Assembly (NCBI GenBank): GCA_041666265.1
Contig: JBAYHH010000001.1
Coordinates: 8,056-72,055, forward strand
DNA from: Candidatus Magasanikiibacteriota bacterium
Lineage (GTDB): Bacteria; Patescibacteriota; Patescibacteriia; Magasanikbacterales; GWA2-37-8
DNA: 64,000 nt
Direction of reading: 5' to 3'
Shown here: one piece after another, positions 28,004-38,414 of the stretch
How the letters are laid out: every line of letters starts with the position of its first letter
How positions within the stretch are numbered: the stretch's first letter is position 1
The notes under the pieces: model-generated
The model's input: only the letters and a program-made list of their open reading frames with translations
The model's database searches: none
Told to the model about the DNA's origin: nothing
Position numbers and translations under genes: made by a program

Positions 28004-29623
28004 TTATTTAATTTCACCATCGATTTCCGCCGGAATATTGGCGATCCTTAAAAATCGTCGTTGAAAAGCCGTCTTTATATCCATAAATTCCGGTAATTGT
28101 AAACCCCAGCATATCAAACAATATACCAAAAGTCCAGTAATGCCGGCAATGGCTCCTTGAGCAAAAATGCCCCAAAAATAATGCAAATCAAATAATTTAG
28201 CCAGGGGATATTTTAGTAGCTGTATAGTGATAGCCATTGGAGCGGCCGCTACTAAAATTTTTAATAGCGAACGAATTGTTTCGGTGATCTCAAGATTTTT
28301 GGTAATGCGAAAAAGAAAAATAGTTAATAAGATAAAGTTGATCACCGCGCCGATAGCCACACCGAGAGCGAGCCCGGCCACCCCCAAATGATTTTTAAAA
28401 AATATAGCGGACGCGATCGCCGCGATTTCGGCGGTCACACTGATGAAAAACGGCGTTTTGGTATTTTCGAGGGCAAAAAAAGCGCGCGTCATGAGGGGGT
28501 TAAGCGCTTGCGCGAACATGCCGATTGAAAAAAAAGCCAGTGTATCGGCGGTATTGATGGTCGCAGTCCAGTCAAATTCGCCCGATCCCAAAATTACGCG
28601 TACAATTTGGGCGCGCAACACCAAAAAAATAATTGACAAGGGAATAATCAAAAACAAAATTTGTCGAGCCGTGCCCGCGAGCGAGCCGACAAAGTCATTC
28701 ATGTTTTTTTTGCCGGCCGCAGCCGAAAGAGCGGGAAAAGCGGCCAAAGCAAAGGGAATACCGATTACGCCGATCGGCACCCACTGTAAATTGTCGGCAA
28801 ACGAATAAGTCGCCACACTGCCAACAGCGAGCGTGGAGGCGAGAATAGTGATGATCACCGAATTGACATTGGAAATAGCGAGACCCAATGTGCGTGGAAT
28901 CATCAACCGACCGATGATACGCGTATCAATATCGCGCCAGTTAAACTTCCATCCCCAGCGCCAACCGGCCGAGCGCGCGCCCAACATCTGGAGCGCGAGA
29001 TGAAGAAAAGCGCCGAGTATCACGCCAATCGGCAATCCGATCAATCCCAAAGCAGGCACCAAAACCAAAGCGCCAAAAATAATGCCGAGATTGTAAAAAA
29101 TAGGCGCGAGCGCATATAAAACAAATCGGCGCAAAGATTGTAAGATTCCGCCGATTACCATCGATAGTCCAAGCAGTACCGGCGACCAAAACATCAGACG
29201 AATAAAACGGGCGGTCAAAGCGGTGGCGGTGGTATCAAAACCGGGAGCGACCAAGTGCGCCACTTGCGGAGCGAAAATCATGCCGATAAGCGCGAAAAAA
29301 AGCAATAGGACGCCAAAAATATTTAAAATATTATTCGCCAAATCCCACGCGGATGATTTGTCCTCGCCTCGATGATAGAGTCGAGTAAATACCGGAATAA
29401 AACCGGCGGTCAAAGCGCCCACGACAATCAAGTTGTAAATTAAATCCGGAATTTTAAAAGCCGCGTAATACGCGTCCATAGTCGGGCCGGCGCCAAAATA
29501 ATGCGCCAAAATTCGATCGCGCGCGAGACCGATAAATTTGTTTAACAACGAAGTGCCAGCGATAATGATGGCGCCTCCGGTGATACTGCTTGAAGAATGG
29601 TTAAATATTTTTTTCCAAATCAT
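28004..29623 (-). CDS. murJ: lipid II flippase MurJ (MviN)
   Basis: 539 aa with about 14 TM segments. Collinear with MurJ/MOP superfamily. Confidence 0.85.
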   Translation of the reverse strand: MIWKKIFNHSSSSITGGAIIIAGTSLLNKFIGLARDRILAHYFGAGPTMDAYYAAFKIPDLIYNLIVVGALTAGFIPVFTRLYHRGEDKSSAWDLANNILNIFGVLLLFFALIGMIFAPQVAHLVAPGFDTTATALTARFIRLMFWSPVLLGLSMVIGGILQSLRRFVLYALAPIFYNLGIIFGALVLVPALGLIGLPIGVILGAFLHLALQMLGARSAGWRWGWKFNWRDIDTRIIGRLMIPRTLGLAISNVNSVIITILASTLAVGSVATYSFADNLQWVPIGVIGIPFALAAFPALSAAAGKKNMNDFVGSLAGTARQILFLIIPLSIIFLVLRAQIVRVILGSGEFDWTATINTADTLAFFSIGMFAQALNPLMTRAFFALENTKTPFFISVTAEIAAIASAIFFKNHLGVAGLALGVAIGAVINFILLTIFLFRITKNLEITETIRSLLKILVAAAPMAITIQLLKYPLAKLFDLHYFWGIFAQGAIAGITGLLVYCLICWGLQLPEFMDIKTAFQRRFLRIANIPAEIDGEIK

Positions 29624-29625
29624 AA

Positions 29626-30318
29626 TTACGGAGCGGTAGTGGTGGCAGCAATCGGCTGAAACGAGGCATTAACCGTGAGCATGGCATAGGTAGTGCGGGA
29701 TTTATCTCCCATGGTCCAACTCGCATAAAACGCCCCCGAAATTCCATCAGCGCGCGAAAAAGTGATTTGTTGAAATGATTTGCCGGTACTTTCGACATCA
29801 ATCGAAAAATTTTTCTTTTGCAATTCTTTTTTGTAATATGACATTAAAAAACCGGGCGAGGTGTCGAGATCGCGCCATTCGATCTGGATCGAGTCGGTTT
29901 GGTCGCTCACCGGCGTGGTGGCGACATTCCACATACTGCGCCATGACCCGCTTTGATTCGCGGAGCTGTCCGGGCTATTCGCGGGCGACAGGTGGGCGAT
30001 CAAAGGAGATAAAATGATTTTTGGGAAAAAAGCGGCTATCTCTACTCCACGATTTTTGTAGCGTCCGGAAACAAAGGTGATATTATCGATATTGTCGCGA
30101 TCATACACCATGATATCGGCGGGAAAATCGGCCGGTAAAGTCTTGATTGACTGTGGTCCGGGTCCAAGCGACAGGCGCAAAGCGATCACGCCTCCAATAA
30201 ACAGGATCACGATGAGCAAGCAACTGGTCAGACAAGTGCGAATGAACCCGCCGCGTTTTTTGGTCAGTTCTTCGATTGGCGGTTCGACGATTTCGATATT
30301 ATCAATGTCTTTGGGCAT
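29626..30318 (-). CDS. hypothetical membrane-anchored protein
   Basis: 230 aa with a single N-terminal TM. Stop/start adjacent to murJ. Confidence 0.5.
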   Translation of the reverse strand: MPKDIDNIEIVEPPIEELTKKRGGFIRTCLTSCLLIVILFIGGVIALRLSLGPGPQSIKTLPADFPADIMVYDRDNIDNITFVSGRYKNRGVEIAAFFPKIILSPLIAHLSPANSPDSSANQSGSWRSMWNVATTPVSDQTDSIQIEWRDLDTSPGFLMSYYKKELQKKNFSIDVESTGKSFQQITFSRADGISGAFYASWTMGDKSRTTYAMLTVNASFQPIAATTTAP

Positions 30319-30420
30319 AAAAATTTGATAAAATGCTTTTCATATAATACCATGTTTTCACCCATTTGTATAGAGGATAAAGTGTGTTATAATTAACGGT
30401 ATTATAATACCTGTATTATT

Positions 30421-31773
30421 ATGCAAATTACCTTTTTTGGGGCGGCGCGCGAAGTGACCGGCTCTTGCAGTTTGATCGAGACGGGGGATACAAAAATTCT
30501 CATTGATTGCGGGATGTTTCAAGGGAGTGATTTTAATGAAGGCAAAAATAGCGACCCGCTGGTTTTTGACCCCAAAATTTTGGATGCGGTGATCGTGACT
30601 CACGCTCATCTTGATCATACCGGGCGTTTACCTTTGCTTATCAAGGGTGGATATGACGGCCATTTTTATGCCACTCCGGCTACTATTGATTTGACCCGTC
30701 TCATCCTTGAAGACGCTCTCGAGGTGATGGGTTACAATAATCGCAAATTTGGTTCGCCGATTTTATATGACTCTACGGATATCGTCGGTGTGATACAGCA
30801 GTTTAAACCAATCGAATATTACGAAGAATTTGCGATCGCTGAAGCAAAAATAAGATTTCACGAAGCCGGACATATATTTGGCTCGGTTTTTGTGGAAATA
30901 AACGCTGACGATAAAAAAGTGGTATTTTCTGGCGATGTGGGCAATGTTGATGCGCCTATTCTGCGCGACACCGATGCTTTGCCGGGAGGAATTGACGCTT
31001 TGATTTGCGAAAGCACCTATGGCGATCGTATTCACGAAAATCAAAGCAAACGACGGGAGATTTTGGAGCGAGAAATTACCGAGGCGATGAAGCGCGGAGG
31101 AGTATTGATGTTACCGTCATTTTCACTTGAACGCACGCAGGAATTATTGTATGATCTAAATGACCTTATCGACCGCCAACACTCTTTGCCGCGCGTTCCT
31201 ATTTTTCTGGATAGCCCCTTGGCCATCAATGCCACTCAAGTTTATCGTAAATTCAAAGGATATTACGACCAAGAAGCGGATCGCTTGGTAAAAGCAGGTG
31301 ACGATTTGTTTCAGTTTCCCGGTCTCACGATGTGCGAGACGCGTAATGATTCAAAAAAAATAAATTCCATTCGCGGGCCGAAAATTATCATTGCCGGAGC
31401 CGGCATGATGAACGGCGGCCGCATTGTCCACCATGCTTTGAGGTATTTACCGGAGTCTGACAGCACCCTTTTAATTATTGGCTATCAAGCGCGCGGGACT
31501 CTGGGTCGGCAAATTTTAGACGGGGTATCGCCGGTAAAAATTATGGGTGAATCCGTGCCTGTGCGCGCCCATGTCAAAGCGGTGGGCGCCTTTTCAGCGC
31601 ATGCCGATCAAGAAAAATTGATGGACTGGATCGGGGGAGGAGAATCTTTGCCCAAAAAAGTTTATCTCAATCATGGCGAGCCGACCGCATCGGACGCGTT
31701 GGCCAAAAGACTCACCGAAGAATTGGGATTGAAAACTACGGTAGTGAACAGAGGCTTAACGGTAAAAATTTAA
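30421..31773 (+). CDS. MBL-fold beta-CASP ribonuclease (RNase J/CPSF-like)
   Basis: HAHLDHTG metallo-beta-lactamase motif. Beta-CASP motifs. C-terminal region. Confidence 0.8.
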   Translation: MQITFFGAAREVTGSCSLIETGDTKILIDCGMFQGSDFNEGKNSDPLVFDPKILDAVIVTHAHLDHTGRLPLLIKGGYDGHFYATPATIDLTRLILEDALEVMGYNNRKFGSPILYDSTDIVGVIQQFKPIEYYEEFAIAEAKIRFHEAGHIFGSVFVEINADDKKVVFSGDVGNVDAPILRDTDALPGGIDALICESTYGDRIHENQSKRREILEREITEAMKRGGVLMLPSFSLERTQELLYDLNDLIDRQHSLPRVPIFLDSPLAINATQVYRKFKGYYDQEADRLVKAGDDLFQFPGLTMCETRNDSKKINSIRGPKIIIAGAGMMNGGRIVHHALRYLPESDSTLLIIGYQARGTLGRQILDGVSPVKIMGESVPVRAHVKAVGAFSAHADQEKLMDWIGGGESLPKKVYLNHGEPTASDALAKRLTEELGLKTTVVNRGLTVKI

Positions 31774-31779
31774 TAAATT

Positions 31780-32628
31780 ATGAAAATATTAATTATCGGC
31801 AAGGGGTGGCTCGGAGGTAAATGCGCGAGCGCTTGGCCGGACGCGATTATTTCTGAAAAAATTATTGCCGACGAAAAAGATGTTTTGGCGCTGATTGACG
31901 AGCACCATCCCGACGCGATCCTAAATGCCGCCGGCGTGGTGGGCAAACCCAATGTTGATTGGTGTGAGACTCATCAACTCGAGACGATTGCCGGCAATAC
32001 GGTTTTACCGATTACAATCGCGAGCGCTTGTCAAAAAAGAGGCGTGTATTTATTACATATCGGGACCGGATGTATTTTTTATGGCGCTTCGCCTCATGGT
32101 GGACCTTGGACCGAAAACGACGCCGGCAATCCGGTGGCAGTTTATTCCAAATCAAAATACGCCGCTGATTTGGCGCTGTCCACCTTGCCCAATGTTGGCA
32201 TTGCTCGTATTCGCATGCCGATCGACGACCATCCGTTTGTCGGAAATTTGATTGACAAATTGGCTTCTTATCGGCAAGTGGTGGATGTGGAAAACAGCGT
32301 TACGGTAGTGCCGGATATGATTTTGGTTTTTCGGCAATTGCTTGAAAAAAAAGCGTCCGGAATTTTTCACTGTACCAACCCCGGGTCAATTACCCACAAA
32401 AAATTAGTCTCGCTCTATGAAAAATATGTCGATCCGACTCATAAAAATGAGTGGATTACCGAGGTTGAGCTCGTGTCCTGCGGCCTCGCGGCCAAAAAAC
32501 GGTCGAATAATATCATGACTTCGGTGAATTTACCGAAATTTGGCATTATGATGCGGTCAATCGATGAAGCCATCGAGGATGTATTTAAAAAATATTCCAC
32601 TAATTTTTATGAACACTATTTTAGATAA
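31780..32628 (+). CDS. SDR-family sugar nucleotide reductase/epimerase (RmlD-like)
   Basis: N-terminal Rossmann (MKILIIGKGWLGG). Architecture resembles dTDP-4-dehydrorhamnose reductase. Confidence 0.5.
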   Translation: MKILIIGKGWLGGKCASAWPDAIISEKIIADEKDVLALIDEHHPDAILNAAGVVGKPNVDWCETHQLETIAGNTVLPITIASACQKRGVYLLHIGTGCIFYGASPHGGPWTENDAGNPVAVYSKSKYAADLALSTLPNVGIARIRMPIDDHPFVGNLIDKLASYRQVVDVENSVTVVPDMILVFRQLLEKKASGIFHCTNPGSITHKKLVSLYEKYVDPTHKNEWITEVELVSCGLAAKKRSNNIMTSVNLPKFGIMMRSIDEAIEDVFKKYSTNFYEHYFR

Positions 32629-33682
32629 TATTGAAGCGATCAAAAAATTGGATTCCAAGAATATGCTCGGTAGCATACAGCTTTTGAGCGCGCAGGTGAA
32701 AGAAGTCTGGGCACTCGGAGAAAAGTTTAACTTGCCGGCCGGATACAAAAGTGTCAAAAAAATGGTCGTGCTCGGCATGGGCGGGTCGTCTTTGTGCGCG
32801 CATATTCTTTCCGAGTTATATAAGTCAGAAATTAAAATTCCGATTGAGCTTGTCAATGATTACCATGTGCCGGCGTATGTCGATAGCCAAACTTTGGTGA
32901 TCGTTTCGAGCTATTCGGGCGGTACCGAAGAGCCGATCAATGCTGTCCAAGAAGCAAAAAATAAACAAGCCAAGATTGTTGCGATTAGTTCCGGCGGAGA
33001 GCTCGCGAGTTGGGCCAAAACACATAAAGTGCCGGCGCTCGTTTTTAGCACCGCCCATAACCCTTGCGGTAGTCCGCGTATGGGGCTTGGTTACACTATT
33101 TTTGGTCATGCGTTCGTTTGGGCTAAGGCCGGAGTGATCAAGTTTGGCGTGAAAGAAATGCAAACAGCGGTATCAGCCATAGAAAAATTCGCCTTCGAAT
33201 TCGGTACTACGGTTTTGGGCGAGGCCAATCCCGCCAAAAAAATGGCGCAGGACATTTTTGGTCGCAGTGTTTGGTATTTCGGATCAGAGCATCTGTCCGG
33301 GAGCGCGCATGCCGCCGGCAATCAGATGAACGAAAATGCCAAGCGCTTCGGCGGATATTTCATCATACCCGAGTTGAACCATCATTTGCTCGAAGGCATG
33401 ATGCATCCCCAAAGCAACAAAAATAATTTGGTGTGCGTGCTTTTGGAATCAAAATTGTACGACGCGCGCGTGCAAAAAAGATATGGCGTCACCAAGGATG
33501 TTTTAAAGAAAAACGGTATAAAATTTTTGTCTTATCAATTTGGGTCGGACAATCGTTTGGCCCAGGTGTGCGAGGCATTAGCGCTTAGTTGTTTGGTCAG
33601 TTATTACTCGGCGCTTTTGCAAGGTATCGATCCGACCGCTATTCCGTTTGTGGATTATTTCAAAGAGCAATTAAAAAAATAA
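32609..33682 (+). CDS. bifunctional phosphoglucose/phosphomannose isomerase (SIS domain)
   Basis: SIS motifs (VVLGMGGSSL, VSSYSGGTEEP). ORF 32564..33682; ATG at 32609 is preferred. Confidence 0.75.
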   Translation: MNTILDNIEAIKKLDSKNMLGSIQLLSAQVKEVWALGEKFNLPAGYKSVKKMVVLGMGGSSLCAHILSELYKSEIKIPIELVNDYHVPAYVDSQTLVIVSSYSGGTEEPINAVQEAKNKQAKIVAISSGGELASWAKTHKVPALVFSTAHNPCGSPRMGLGYTIFGHAFVWAKAGVIKFGVKEMQTAVSAIEKFAFEFGTTVLGEANPAKKMAQDIFGRSVWYFGSEHLSGSAHAAGNQMNENAKRFGGYFIIPELNHHLLEGMMHPQSNKNNLVCVLLESKLYDARVQKRYGVTKDVLKKNGIKFLSYQFGSDNRLAQVCEALALSCLVSYYSALLQGIDPTAIPFVDYFKEQLKK

Positions 33683-33710
33683 AGGTCGAAAAAAGAAAGA
33701 ATAACTTTAT

Positions 33711-33983
33711 ATGTTTTTAGATTGGTTGTTTGGCAAAAAAAACAAAGAACTCGGCCAAGTGGTGCATTACTTCGACAAGCTCGGCGTGGCGGTGGTAATA
33801 CTCAAAGGCGCGCTTAAAGTCGGCGATCGCATCAAGATCATCAGGAATGGCCATGAGTTTATCGATACTGTGGCGTCGATGCAGATCGATCGGCAGGAAA
33901 TCAAAAGCGCCGCGAGCGGCCAAGAAGTGGCGATCAAAATCAGCGAGCCCGTCAAAGCCGGAGCCATAGTAATGAGAGCGTGA
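33711..33983 (+). CDS. hypothetical small beta-barrel protein
   Basis: 90-aa ORF immediately upstream of and overlapping the GT2 cluster. Confidence 0.4.
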   Translation: MFLDWLFGKKNKELGQVVHYFDKLGVAVVILKGALKVGDRIKIIRNGHEFIDTVASMQIDRQEIKSAASGQEVAIKISEPVKAGAIVMRA

Positions 33984-33985
33984 GT

Positions 33986-34765
33986 ATGGATCTCACCGTA
34001 ATCACAGTCACTTGGAATAGCGCCAAGTATATTGCCGACCAAATTGAATCGGTGGTTTTGGGTTGTGAGGGACTTGCGTGGGAGCAAATTATTGTTGATA
34101 ACGCTTCATCTGACGAAACGGCAAGTGTCATTCAAAATGACAAGGTGCGATTGATCAAGAATAATAAAAATTTAGGTTTTTCCGCCGGCTATAATTTGGC
34201 GATCAAAAATGCGACCGGACGATACTTTCTATATCTTAATCCGGACATGAAATTACGCGGTTCGATCCGGCCGTTAATCGATTATTTGGACGCGCACACG
34301 GAAGCGGGGATAGCGAGCGCTAAATTAGTGGATACAAATGGGCGAATAAATTTATCCGCCACTCCGCGTCGTTTTCCCAAAGCGATCGAGATTTGGGCGC
34401 AATTTTTAAAATTACCTCATTTATTTCCAAAAATTTTAGATCGTTATTTTTATCGCGATTTTGATTTTTCTCGCATGGCGGATCCGGTCGCGGTCGATAG
34501 CGTGCGCGGATCATTTATGCTCATTCGTTCGGAGATCGCGACTAAACTCGGTTTTGCTTTTGATCCTCGATATTTTTTGTGGTGGGAAGATGTCGATCTG
34601 TGTCGAGAAGTGAAAAAACTCGGATATAAAATTATTTGGCATCCAAAGGTGGAATGTGTAGACAGTGTGGGGCGGAGTTTTGGTAAGCGACGATTTTTTT
34701 GGAAGCAGATATTATTTTTTAAAAATGCTTTAAAATATTTTTTCAAATGGCGCAACCGCGATTGA
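33986..34765 (+). CDS. glycosyltransferase family 2
   Basis: VITVTWNSAKYIADQIESV...NASSDETA GT2 N-terminus. ORF begins at GTG 33980; ATG at 33986. Confidence 0.85.
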   Translation: MDLTVITVTWNSAKYIADQIESVVLGCEGLAWEQIIVDNASSDETASVIQNDKVRLIKNNKNLGFSAGYNLAIKNATGRYFLYLNPDMKLRGSIRPLIDYLDAHTEAGIASAKLVDTNGRINLSATPRRFPKAIEIWAQFLKLPHLFPKILDRYFYRDFDFSRMADPVAVDSVRGSFMLIRSEIATKLGFAFDPRYFLWWEDVDLCREVKKLGYKIIWHPKVECVDSVGRSFGKRRFFWKQILFFKNALKYFFKWRNRD

Positions 34766-35772
34766 CAATCGGACTATTGACTTGGAACGGGGCGAAACAT
34801 TTACCCGCTCTTTTCGAATCTCTAAAAAAACAATCGTTTCGCGATTTTGAATTGATTGTTTTAGACAATTGCTCAACCGATGGATCTCATTCTGTCATCC
34901 TGAGCAAAGCGAAGGATCTGCTCGTTAGTTTTCAATTAATTCAAAACGAACGCAATGTCGGTTTCGCCGCCGGTCAAAATCAAATATTTGCTCTATCAGA
35001 CAGCGAATATTATTTGGCGCTGAATCAAGACATTGTTTTGTCGTCGGATTGTTTGGAGAAGGTGATTAAATGTTTGGACGCCCATACCAATATTGCTTCC
35101 GCTACTCCAAAACTTTTTAAATGGGACAGCGAAAAGAAAATCCAGACGACCATCGTGGATTCTTTCGGGCTCAAAGTATCGCGCAGTCGGAGAGTGGTGG
35201 ATATAAAAAAATTTGACGATGAAAGATTTGCCAATCAAAATTATATTAAAATTTTTGGCGTTTCCGGCGCGTGCGCGTTTTATCGCCGGAGCGCGATTGA
35301 CACAGTCGGAGGATTATTTGACCCAATGTTTTTTGCCTATAAAGAAGATGTTGATTTGGCCTATCGATTAAATAGCGCCGGTTATGACAGTGTCTTGGTT
35401 TTAGGCGCGAGCGCGTATCATGTGCGCACCGGAGCTGATTCAGGAAGTGACAGTAATCATGCCCAAGCGTTCAATAAACAGCGTCAATCTGATTTGGTGA
35501 AATATTATAGCTATCGCAATCATTTGTTGGTTTTGTTAAAAAATGAGTATTGGGAAAATTTTATCATTGACTTTCCTTGGATTTTGTGGTATGAGTTACA
35601 GAAGTTCGCTTACTATTTAATCTTTGATTTTGCCGTGTTTAAAGGGTTATTTGACCTTTGGCGACAAAGGGAGGAAATAAAAGATAAAAGGTCAAGAATC
35701 AAACAGTTTAGAAAGATCGGCTGGCGAGAAATGAGAGAGGTGATATATGACAAATGCAAAATTCCAAATTGA
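34747..35772 (+). CDS. glycosyltransferase family 2
   Basis: GLLTWNGAKHLPALFESL...LDNCSTDGS. GT2 with DxD. Overlaps the previous gene by 19 nt. Confidence 0.85.
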   Translation: MAQPRLTIGLLTWNGAKHLPALFESLKKQSFRDFELIVLDNCSTDGSHSVILSKAKDLLVSFQLIQNERNVGFAAGQNQIFALSDSEYYLALNQDIVLSSDCLEKVIKCLDAHTNIASATPKLFKWDSEKKIQTTIVDSFGLKVSRSRRVVDIKKFDDERFANQNYIKIFGVSGACAFYRRSAIDTVGGLFDPMFFAYKEDVDLAYRLNSAGYDSVLVLGASAYHVRTGADSGSDSNHAQAFNKQRQSDLVKYYSYRNHLLVLLKNEYWENFIIDFPWILWYELQKFAYYLIFDFAVFKGLFDLWRQREEIKDKRSRIKQFRKIGWREMREVIYDKCKIPN

Positions 35773-35834
35773 CTTGGAAATTGATATTTGTGATTTATTT
35801 GGAATTTGTAATTTTGAATTTTTGATTTCGCAAT

Positions 35835-36680
35835 ATGCTCGATCTGAATATCGTCATCGTAAATTATTTATCCAAAGACGCCGTGGAAACCGGCGTGCGT
35901 TCGGTTTTGGCCGATCTTGGCGGCGCGCCGGTAAACTGGCAAATTACGGTGGTAGATAATTCGGGAAACAAGGATGGCATCAAAGATTTTTTACCGCAAT
36001 TACATCCAAACATTCGCTATGTTGATGCGGGTGGTAATGTGGGTTTTGGTAAAGGCAATAATTTTGGATTTAACGCGGTTTTGGCGCGCTATCATTTGGT
36101 GCTAAATCCCGATACCTTGATACCCTCCGGCAATCGCACGATTGAACGCCTTGTCAAATTTATGGACGATAATCCACATGTCGGCATCGCCGGTCCGAAA
36201 TTAGTTTATCCGGATGGTCAATTACAGAATTCATGTTATCGTTTTGATCGACCGTCGATCATGATCAAACCATTTAAACATATCAATTGGGACAAAAAAT
36301 ATCGTTTTATAAAAAAATATTCCGAGCGACTCGAGATGCGCGAATTTGAACACAATGAAACTCGGCCGGTGGATTGGCTTCTTGGCGCCGCTCTGATTTT
36401 GCGTCACGAGTGCGCGCGCGCCATCGGTTGGTTTGATGAACGATATTTCATGTATTTGGAGGATTGTGACTTGTGTCAAAAATTTTGGGAGCGGGGGACG
36501 GCGGTATATTATTTGCACGACATCGTGGTCACGCACGCGCACGAACGCGCGTCTGCTTCCGTACCCGGGGCGCTCACGGCGCTAATAAAAAATAAAATGG
36601 CGCGCGTGCATTTGCGCAGTTGGATGCAATATCTCTGGAAATGGCGCCGACATCATAAATTTTATGCCAAACTTTCCTAA
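35835..36680 (+). CDS. glycosyltransferase family 2
   Basis: IVIVNYLSKD...VVDNSGN GT2 signature. Confidence 0.85.
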   Translation: MLDLNIVIVNYLSKDAVETGVRSVLADLGGAPVNWQITVVDNSGNKDGIKDFLPQLHPNIRYVDAGGNVGFGKGNNFGFNAVLARYHLVLNPDTLIPSGNRTIERLVKFMDDNPHVGIAGPKLVYPDGQLQNSCYRFDRPSIMIKPFKHINWDKKYRFIKKYSERLEMREFEHNETRPVDWLLGAALILRHECARAIGWFDERYFMYLEDCDLCQKFWERGTAVYYLHDIVVTHAHERASASVPGALTALIKNKMARVHLRSWMQYLWKWRRHHKFYAKLS

Positions 36681-37752
36681 GGTGGCGATCGTATATTTAT
36701 CCTACCACTGCGAGCTCTATTTGGAGCGCGCTATTGAGGCGTGGAAAAAGTTGGATTATCCGAAAGAGCAGGTGGTGATCGTGGTAGTGGACAACCAGCA
36801 TAAAAACTACGGATCAAGCGCAAAATTTATTCAAGAGAAAGCACTGCCTTTATCGGGCAATGTTTTGCCAAAGGTGGTTTTTTTACCGCAAGAAACCAAT
36901 CTCGGTTTTGCCGGAGGAAACAATATCGGCATCAATTGGGCGGTGCAAAATGGTTATGATTATGTTTTTTTACACAATCAAGACGGGTTCATGGCGCCGG
37001 AATGTCTCGCGAAATTAGTCGAGGCGATGGAAAAAGACAAAACCGTTGGTGCGGCCCAGGCGTTGATTTGTCTTTTTCCGGAGATTGATCTGGTAAACAC
37101 ATCAGGCAACAAATATCATTATCTCGGGTTTGGTTTTTGCGGTGATTACCGTCTACCGGTAATCGGTGTGGAAAAAAATGCGCATGCGATCGGATACGCG
37201 AGCGGAGCGGCGCTTTTGATGCGCGTCGATCTGATTCGCGCGCACGGCATGCTGGACGCGGATTTTTTTGCCTATCACGAAGATTTTGAATACTCTTTTC
37301 GCTTGAAGGCCCAGGGTTATAAAATTATTTTAGCGCCCGAAGCGCATTTTTTTCACGAGTACGAATTTGATAAAAAAAATACAACCAAGTATTTTTTGAT
37401 GGAACGCAATCGGATCGGAATGTGGCTGATGTATTTGGATTGGAGCACTTTATTGCTCCTCGCGCCCATAGAAATTCTACTAAATTTTGGACTATTGTTT
37501 TTTTCGTTAAAATGTGGTTGGATAAAGGAGTGGGCGATGGTTCAGGTCTATTGGCTAAAATGGTCAAATTGGCGATTTTGGCTAAATAAACGCGTTTTGA
37601 CGCGAAAAAGTAGAAAATTGAGCGACCGTGATTTATTGCAAGACGCGGTCTCGGCTATCGAGTTTGAAGGAATGGGTGGAAGATTTGTGAGATTTGGAAA
37701 TTATGTTTTGACTCAATACGCGCGCTTATTAAAGGCGCTCGGGTTCAAATAA
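36664..37752 (+). CDS. glycosyltransferase family 2
   Basis: VAIVYLSYHCELYLERAIEAW...VVDNQ. Overlaps the previous gene by 17 nt. C-terminal TM segments. Confidence 0.85.
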   Translation: MPNFPKVAIVYLSYHCELYLERAIEAWKKLDYPKEQVVIVVVDNQHKNYGSSAKFIQEKALPLSGNVLPKVVFLPQETNLGFAGGNNIGINWAVQNGYDYVFLHNQDGFMAPECLAKLVEAMEKDKTVGAAQALICLFPEIDLVNTSGNKYHYLGFGFCGDYRLPVIGVEKNAHAIGYASGAALLMRVDLIRAHGMLDADFFAYHEDFEYSFRLKAQGYKIILAPEAHFFHEYEFDKKNTTKYFLMERNRIGMWLMYLDWSTLLLLAPIEILLNFGLLFFSLKCGWIKEWAMVQVYWLKWSNWRFWLNKRVLTRKSRKLSDRDLLQDAVSAIEFEGMGGRFVRFGNYVLTQYARLLKALGFK

Positions 37753-37786
37753 TTACCGGATTTCACGGTTCTTTCAGGAGGTTGCC

Positions 37787-38317
37787 ATGGATAAACCGCA
37801 AAGAGAAGTGGTTTTCCTGGCTCTGATTTGGAACCATCTTGGAAACATCCTGATGGTTCTAAAGAATGGTCTCTGGATGTTGCCCGGAGGCCATTGGGAT
37901 CCCAAAACCAACCTGTTCGGCACGGTGGAGCGAGAGATTTTTGAAGAACTTCGTTTCACTAATCGCAATCTGAATCCGGCCCGGTTGTCATTGTTGCACA
38001 TCCATACGATTAAATCGGAGACAAAGGAACGCGATTTCCATGTCTACCAGTTTAATTATTGTGGAAGGCAATACAATGTAAATTTGGGGCCACGCGCCAA
38101 CGAAGAAGAAATCAAGGCGGTGGCATGGATTCCGGCGGCGAGTTTGCTGAGCGGTGAGGCGGCGGTGGGCGAGGCCGTTCGGCTCGTTATGCCGATAGCG
38201 GTCGCGACGAAAAACGCTTCGTCGCAACCCATCGAACAACTGTCCGATGATGGTGGGTTACCCAAGAGCGAACAACTAAAATTGTTCGAAGGATTGGGTG
38301 TGACACCCGAAGAATAG
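37787..38317 (+). CDS. NUDIX hydrolase
   Basis: Nudix box GGHWDPKTNLFGTVEREIFEELRF. Confidence 0.7.
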   Translation: MDKPQREVVFLALIWNHLGNILMVLKNGLWMLPGGHWDPKTNLFGTVEREIFEELRFTNRNLNPARLSLLHIHTIKSETKERDFHVYQFNYCGRQYNVNLGPRANEEEIKAVAWIPAASLLSGEAAVGEAVRLVMPIAVATKNASSQPIEQLSDDGGLPKSEQLKLFEGLGVTPEE

Positions 38318-38414
38318 GAATCCCCAGGGCAAGTTACTTCATCGGCCTCGCAACAAGGCCACAATCCACCGCCATTGCCCTTGCCTTTGGCGGTTTTTTA
38401 TTGTAGCATTACTG